DNA of 64,000 nt, taken from NCBI GenBank assembly GCA_904063045.1, contig CAJFCJ010000018.1, forward strand, positions 372,001 through 436,000, given 5' to 3'. Under the pieces are notes generated by a model. It saw only the letters and a list, made by a program, of their open reading frames with translations. It was not told the DNA's origin and did no database searches. Source of the DNA: Dimorphilus gyrociliatus (lineage: Eukaryota; Animalia; Annelida). Every line of letters begins with the position of its first letter. Position 1 is the first letter of the stretch. Shown here in pieces: positions 51,994 through 64,000 of this stretch. The position numbers and the translations under genes are program-made.

Positions 51994-52396
51994 ATGTTGA
52001 AAAAACAGACTTGGACAGTCTTTGCTTTTTTTATGGGAATATGTATTCCTTTATCTTTCGGCCTAAATGACCCTGATATACCCATAATAATAGATGATGA
52101 CGATTCTCCGGAGAAAATAGCATATAATGACGAGGTTAATGAAATAGTGAGAGATTGGCGTACAAGTTTAAGACTTCACAAAACAGATGAAGAAAACGAT
52201 GAAGGGCTAGAAGTGAAAGATGACGAAGATTTTGAAGTAATGCCAAGCCAAAATTTTATTTTTTTTTAAATATAATTTGTTCTAGGTTGGAAGTACCGAA
52301 GAAAACGATCAGGATTCGAACAAAGGAAATACTAACTCAGATTACCCCTATTGGAAAAGAGGTTTCGATCATTTAAAAGACATTGTCAATTTCTAG
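51994..52396 (+). CDS. Small secreted acidic protein, possible peptide-hormone/neuropeptide precursor (117 aa)
   Basis: Exon 51994-52236, a 49-nt GT-AG intron and exon 52286-52396 join in frame. Signal-like MLKKQTWTVFAFFMGICIPLSFG, D/E-rich body, then DYPYW-KR-GFDHLKDIVNF*. Confidence 0.65.
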
Positions 52397-52680
52397 AGTC
52401 AGAACATATAATTCTTCAAAGAGACTATGTTACTTGTGAACAATTCACCGGTATTTGGAGTTCTATTATTATGTAATTGATGGAATCTTTCTTAGTCTGG
52501 ACTTTTGGTTAGCACAAAGAGCACCTTTCAGTCTTGCGAAACAAATGAAAAATTTTACTCAAAATAAAATAAACATTAGCTATTGATACTTTATTTTTTA
52601 AAAAATCAACTAGAAGTTAGCTGAATATAGCTAACTTTCTTAGCTTCAGTATTTTCATCAATATTATTTTTGTTATGAAT

Positions 52681-52766
52681 TGCGCATGCGTAAACAGCAC
52701 TTTCCAGTACACATACATTAAGAATTCAAAATGGCGGATGTATATATCTAAATAGCCGCCATGTTT
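52681..52766. promoter_or_regulatory. AGAP proximal promoter with NRF1-like and two inverted YY1-like motifs
   Basis: TGCGCATGCG (52681-52690), AAAATGGCGG (52728-52737) and GCCGCCATGTTT (52755-52766), about 180-260 nt upstream of the AGAP ATG. Confidence 0.55.
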
Positions 52767-52943
52767 AAAAATGAATCAGAATAATGTGGAGTGAATTCAA
52801 AAGCAGAAGTGTGTTTTCGGACATGCGTACTGTAATATTTTTGAGCCATTTTGAAAACGCGGGTAAGCATCTTTAAGGATTTTACGGAAAATAAGCGGAG
52901 AATGGTTTTTTTGCAACACTTTGAAGAATCAAAATAAGCTAAC

Positions 52944-59350
<6,407 letters not shown>

Positions 59351-59896
59351 CCATCATCAATAATCCCAGCAGACAGCTAGAACGCTTTCCAGTCTCTTCT
59401 GTATTATATTATTTGCACTGAAGAAGTCAATATAGATTTATTTTATGTTTTGATATGTTCATATTTTCAAGGGATTCAGTTAGAAATTATTGAAATGTAA
59501 AAAAATGTGTCAAGTGGATTGACTTTTGAAAATATCGATTATATTTCATGTATTAGGAAATATTTAAAAGAGTTTTAGTTTAAACAAATACTGTAAAATC
59601 GATTCAATTTAGTAAAGCATTAAATGTGTTGTAAAAAAACTTTTCACTTATATGTAAGTGATAACGACGATTTCTTTTCTAGCTATTCTTACTGTTGCAA
59701 TCGCTTTAACAATTAAAGTGAATCTATGCAGATCATAAGTGCTCTGTGCTCTGCATGTACAAAGTTACGAAAGCGTTGTTGATGTTCTGTTGGGAAATCC
59801 ATTGAATTCTAGTCTTATAGCCAACAATCGCATTCTTTTAGTCGATTTACAATATTTTTAGTTTCATCGCATGTTAAGTTAACTTGAGAAATTTAA

Positions 59897-59914
59897 TATA
59901 TATATATATATATA
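59897..59914. repeat. (TA)9 microsatellite between the convergent AGAP and ESYT 3' ends
   Basis: Uninterrupted TA run. Confidence 0.7.
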
Positions 59915-60028
59915 AATATATATGTATATTTAAATTTTGCAGTATATGAATAATTTTGTGTTCAATATGTCTACTCTGAAAATTTTACATCTTTTGTAAT
60001 ACAGCTTGGAAGTGAAGAAATCTCAAAG

Positions 60029-63000
60029 TTAGTGTTTATCTGATTTTGGAGAACTTTCCAAGGGCTCTAGTAAATAAAACCATTCTGTGACAGCCTCAAA
60101 TAAATTTGGAATTGAAGAGAGTGGAATGCACACTTGTCCCATTCGAGTTTGGGACTTACTGAACATTCCAACTTCATTTTTGACGTCAACCAAAAGGGTC
60201 CTATTATAGATTTCACTTTCTTTCAAGCTCCATTCGAATCTATAAACATCATTACTATGAAAACTTATTTATTTTTTTATTTGTTTCCGTCTTACTTTTC
60301 ATCAAAATTAGGATTTAAATTATCCTTTATAACTCTTGTTTTCACTTTCGAACCGTCCGGAACAAGAAAAAGCCGTACGTACGGATCAGATAGTTTGTTG
60401 CTATCTAACCCGACAAGATTCATGCACTTGTGAACTGCTACAATTAATTTTTCTCTTTGCTGAGAATATTTTAAGGTTAATTGAATCATTCCCAAATTCG
60501 ATGTACTTTAAAAGACAATATTACATGATATAAACTAAGTATGATCTGTCTTAAATAAATATCCTCACTTTGCATTTCCTCTATTGCGGAGTCGAATTTC
60601 ACAATCTTCAACACTGCATTTACTTTCTGGGAGTGGGTTTGGGGGCACATCTACTATTTCCACTTCTTTGGTAATTGCGTCAGATTTTTCTTCAATGTTG
60701 TTGTTGGACACATTTGGGATCTTTTCAAAGCTATTTACTTCTTCATTGTTATCCACAGCCCAATCTTCTGGCTTCTGAGAAACTAAAATCTGAAACATGA
60801 TGACATTACAATAATTTTAAAGTTTCCAACACCTCGCTTACTCTCAAGCACAATCTCAAAGTCACAGTACACGATTTAGCTAACGATTTTTTATACTTAT
60901 CAAGCAAAGTAAATGGTCTGTTAATGGTCATATGCGGAGCATCTAGCAGAGAACTCAAACCAAATGTCATTTGCCCCAATAATTTTCCAGATGCCGCCGA
61001 ATCAGTAATCTGTTGTAAAAAATCACTTACTGAAAGAAAACTCTATTTCTATATTACAGAAAGTTCCAAAGCTTCTTGTCTACTGTCTAGGACAAAGAAG
61101 TTAAAGCTTTCTTCGAATACGGGATTTGATGTCCTGGATCTAGAAATGCCTGTATAAGTCTTATTTCCAAGGGAAAGCTTGCATTGTGGACTAGGTTCTG
61201 ACATTCCTTTTTTCTGCCTCTAAGGAGTGAAAAACAAGATTGATATTCCGTTTGAATTTTGTATAAACTAACAATTAAGTTTTTTGCAGAGTCAACATAA
61301 ACCATGAGCATAGCTGTTGACAGTTGTTCTTCTTTGCTGCCACGAGAGTTGTATTCCATAGTAGTCTATGGATAAGAGAAACGTGTGACTTTTGGAAATC
61401 TTTCAAATTACCTCAAAAAAAACAAACTCATCCAAAAAAATCAAAGAATTATTAAAAAAAACCCAGTTATGGAAGCAAATGAAAATTCTTACGTAAAACT
61501 TACCCGACGAAATAATCTTTCCTCCTAGTAAACAGATACTTTTAATATTACATTTACCAGGAAACTCGACTATGAATCCTAAATTTTCTTTTTATACATT
61601 GCAAGTTTACAAAAAATTCATCAATTTACTTACATTGTCTAGGTCCTCCGGATTTTTGGATAGATAGACCCACTGAGCTCTTAAATGAATCATACCCGTT
61701 TCAACTTCATCCAAAGGTAACCACTGATGATTGAACAATCTTCAAATACTCATGGATTATTAAATTTTATGATAATTACCGTATCCATAAGCCCTTGATT
61801 AGCAACCATTTGAACATCAATACTCTTACTTCCAAGCTCATCATCTTCACCTGGATCCTGATCCATCACGTCAATGTCAATAAACATGCCTTGTTTGTGT
61901 TCAACGATTGCCTGTTATATAACAGAAATTAGGAATTGTATAAATAAATGTTGCTTGGTCTATTTGCAATCACCTCAAAATATTCATCCCACTGAGGATT
62001 CAACGTATTATTGATGACCTTCGTTTTATATTTTTGAGCGCCAACATAAATATTACAATATGGATCAGATTTGCCTTTGCCTACTAAATTAAAATCTGCT
62101 TTTTTCAAGTCTCGAGCTTCATAAACATGTAAACGAATGACTCCTTGTGGAACTGGATACTTGAGTTTATTGAGATCGATACCGTGTCCGAGAGATATGG
62201 AATATTTGTTGGGATTCACTAAGTAGTAAGCAAGTTGGTCTTCTAATACAGATCTTATTGTATCGCTACATTGATAAAAATAAATTAACATAGTAAATAA
62301 CTCAATACAAGCTCATTACTTTAGAAGGGGAAAGTCCAAAAGATTTGCAACATTTGTTAAGTCGAAGTCAACTGTCTTTATAAAAAAAAATATATGGCAT
62401 TTAAAAACGTAATATAAGGAAAACAAACTGGTCGAGTTGTGAAAAAAACACTTAAACCACCAATCAGAGGAACTTTGCCAATTAGTGGACTGAAAAGACA
62501 TCTCAGCTGACCATGCACTTGGAGATTCTTTATACCGGCCTGAAATCCTTTTATGGTCACTTTTATTTCGGAATCGCTTGTGAAACTGAAAATAAACTGG
62601 ATAGATATGAATAGTCCATTGTTCAAGAAAATACTTGATTTCCATGTCAAGAATTATTTCATCTCGTCGTACATGATCCGTATAAACTTTTATGCCACCT
62701 ATTCTGGGGGGTGTATCTCCTACGTCAACCCTTTCAAAACGAAAAGGCTTCAATGACTTTGGTAGCGAGTTACTAATGGAAGGTTCTATAGTATTTTTTA
62801 TCAGATCTTGAACGTATTCCCCAATGAATGGCCACATCTGTTTGATCATCTAGACAATATTCATAAAATGAAATTTTTTATTTGAAAGTACCAGCTGTTT
62901 TATTATATATAGGCAGGCCAAAGGTAATATATTTTGTATTTACATACCTTATTTAACCACTCCGCCCTTTCTACATCGGGAAAAAATACCTACAAATATG

Positions 63001-63358
63001 ATTATTTAAATTATTGTATTATGAAAGGTTCACAAAAACTTAAGGAGTAACTTTTTACCCAAGAGGGTAGCTCGTCCAATCTATTTGTTATAGCTGCTCT
63101 TTCATCCCGCACAGCCTGCTTCGCATATTCCAAACGAATTTCATTTTTTCTTGTGTATTCCTGGTGAGCCATATAAAAAAACAAGCCAAGCAAGATCCAA
63201 CTCGTAGAAAACTGCATATAGCCTGCAAACCATGTCCCTAAGAGGACGCCCGACATTTTGAAATACTTTTTCAAAAGCGTCAGCAGCCTAGGTGGTTCGA
63301 AGGATGTCTTCTTCTCTGTTACAGATTTTTCTTCCTTTACCTCACTTGAACTATCCAT
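60029..63358 (-). CDS. ESYT2: Extended synaptotagmin (hairpin membrane anchor, SMP, C2A, C2B, C2C)
   Basis: ATG at 63358 and hydrophobic hairpin GVLLGTWFAGYMQFSTSWILLGLFFY. SMP: ELPSWV.FPDVERAEWLNK..KQMWPFIG. C2A: PQGVIRLHVYEARDL...GKSDPYC...NTLNPQWDEYFE. C2B: LSTAMLMVYVDSAKNL. C2C: GMIQLTLKYSQQREKL...SDPYVRLFLVPD...LNPNFDEK. Stop at 60029. Co-orthologous to ESYT1/2/3. Confidence 0.94.
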
Positions 63359-63819
63359 TCTCGAAACAAGCGTTGCCGTCAAACTTTTCAATACAATGGG
63401 ATACTAAAAAGTTTAAAGAGTTTTGACTAATTATATGCTGACTCTTTAAGATCTCAATTAAAAGTTTGAAAATGGTATTCAAACAAATATTTAAGTCGCC
63501 ATTTTTGAATTATCATTTAGTCCACAGTATCGAGTATGCGTACCTGTCAGATGTCACCACTATTCATATTTTCATAAGGCCTATAAATGATAATATTCTT
63601 GTTGAGTTAACACTTAGATACCGAATTTGCCACTGTAGAACTTATAATAGTTCAAAAGAGTGACACAGTTTACATCGTAAATTACTAATTTACGCCGTCC
63701 TTTCGACAATAATATTTAATCATCTATTTGTTTTTATTCAATAATCAGTTTCATAAAAAGTAGAGAGCATAGACTTTAGAAAACATTTTTTAAATGCCTA
63801 TTTCATTTTGAATCTAGGA

Positions 63820-63999
63820 TTACAAAAAGATATGAGAAGATTTCTCTTCGTAACCGATAAATATATACAATTTTTCGCATGATTCCTTGTTGACGTTAAA
63901 TTGTTCTGTATAGGCCCAATAAGAGTGCTTCAATAGCAAATCTTGGAAATCATGGATAATCTGGCTTAACTTAATAAGAGACACGCCCTCCGCATAGAA
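63820..63999 (-). CDS. Possible last exon of a minus-strand gene entering from beyond the window
   Basis: One frame is open for 59 codons from the window edge (FYAEGVSLIKLSQIIHDFQDLLLKHSYW...SHIFL*). No recognisable family. Confidence 0.25.
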   Translation of the reverse strand, partial: FYAEGVSLIKLSQIIHDFQDLLLKHSYWAYTEQFNVNKESCEKLYIFIGYEEKSSHIFL

Positions 64000-64000
64000 T

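Overview
AT-rich, gene-dense eukaryotic (invertebrate bilaterian) genomic DNA in which most introns are about 50-60 nt. This fits a miniaturised metazoan genome; a compact lophotrochozoan such as the annelid Dimorphilus is a guess only. About 13 spliced genes were reconstructed by hand from GT-AG boundaries and recalled family motifs: GLI/Ci (+), type I diacylglycerol kinase (-), FBXL2/20 (-), NBEAL1/2 (+), an orphan antisense gene nested in an NBEAL intron (-), a double C-type-lectin membrane protein (-), chimaerin (-), a tau/MAP2/PTL-1-like MAP (-), TYW5 (-), an LDLR-family receptor with sushi domains (-), a small secreted acidic prepropeptide (+), AGAP/centaurin-gamma (+) and extended synaptotagmin (-). 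No rRNA, tRNA, CRISPR or transposon was recognised. Best leads: (1) FBXL2/20 has a duplicated last exon that swaps the CAAX box (CVLL vs CTIA), with a 15-bp RNA stem looping out the cassette exon. (2) A nested orphan resembles a transmembrane adaptor with ITSM/ITIM-like tyrosines. (3) AGAP has an array of paralogous frame-symmetric exons with clustered RBFOX motifs. (4) One tau repeat is split and closes in frame only by a GC donor plus microexon, or by an intra-exonic acceptor. (5) Nine gene families here have human paralogues on the HOX-paralogon chromosomes. All coordinates were derived manually; no database searches or folding programs were run.
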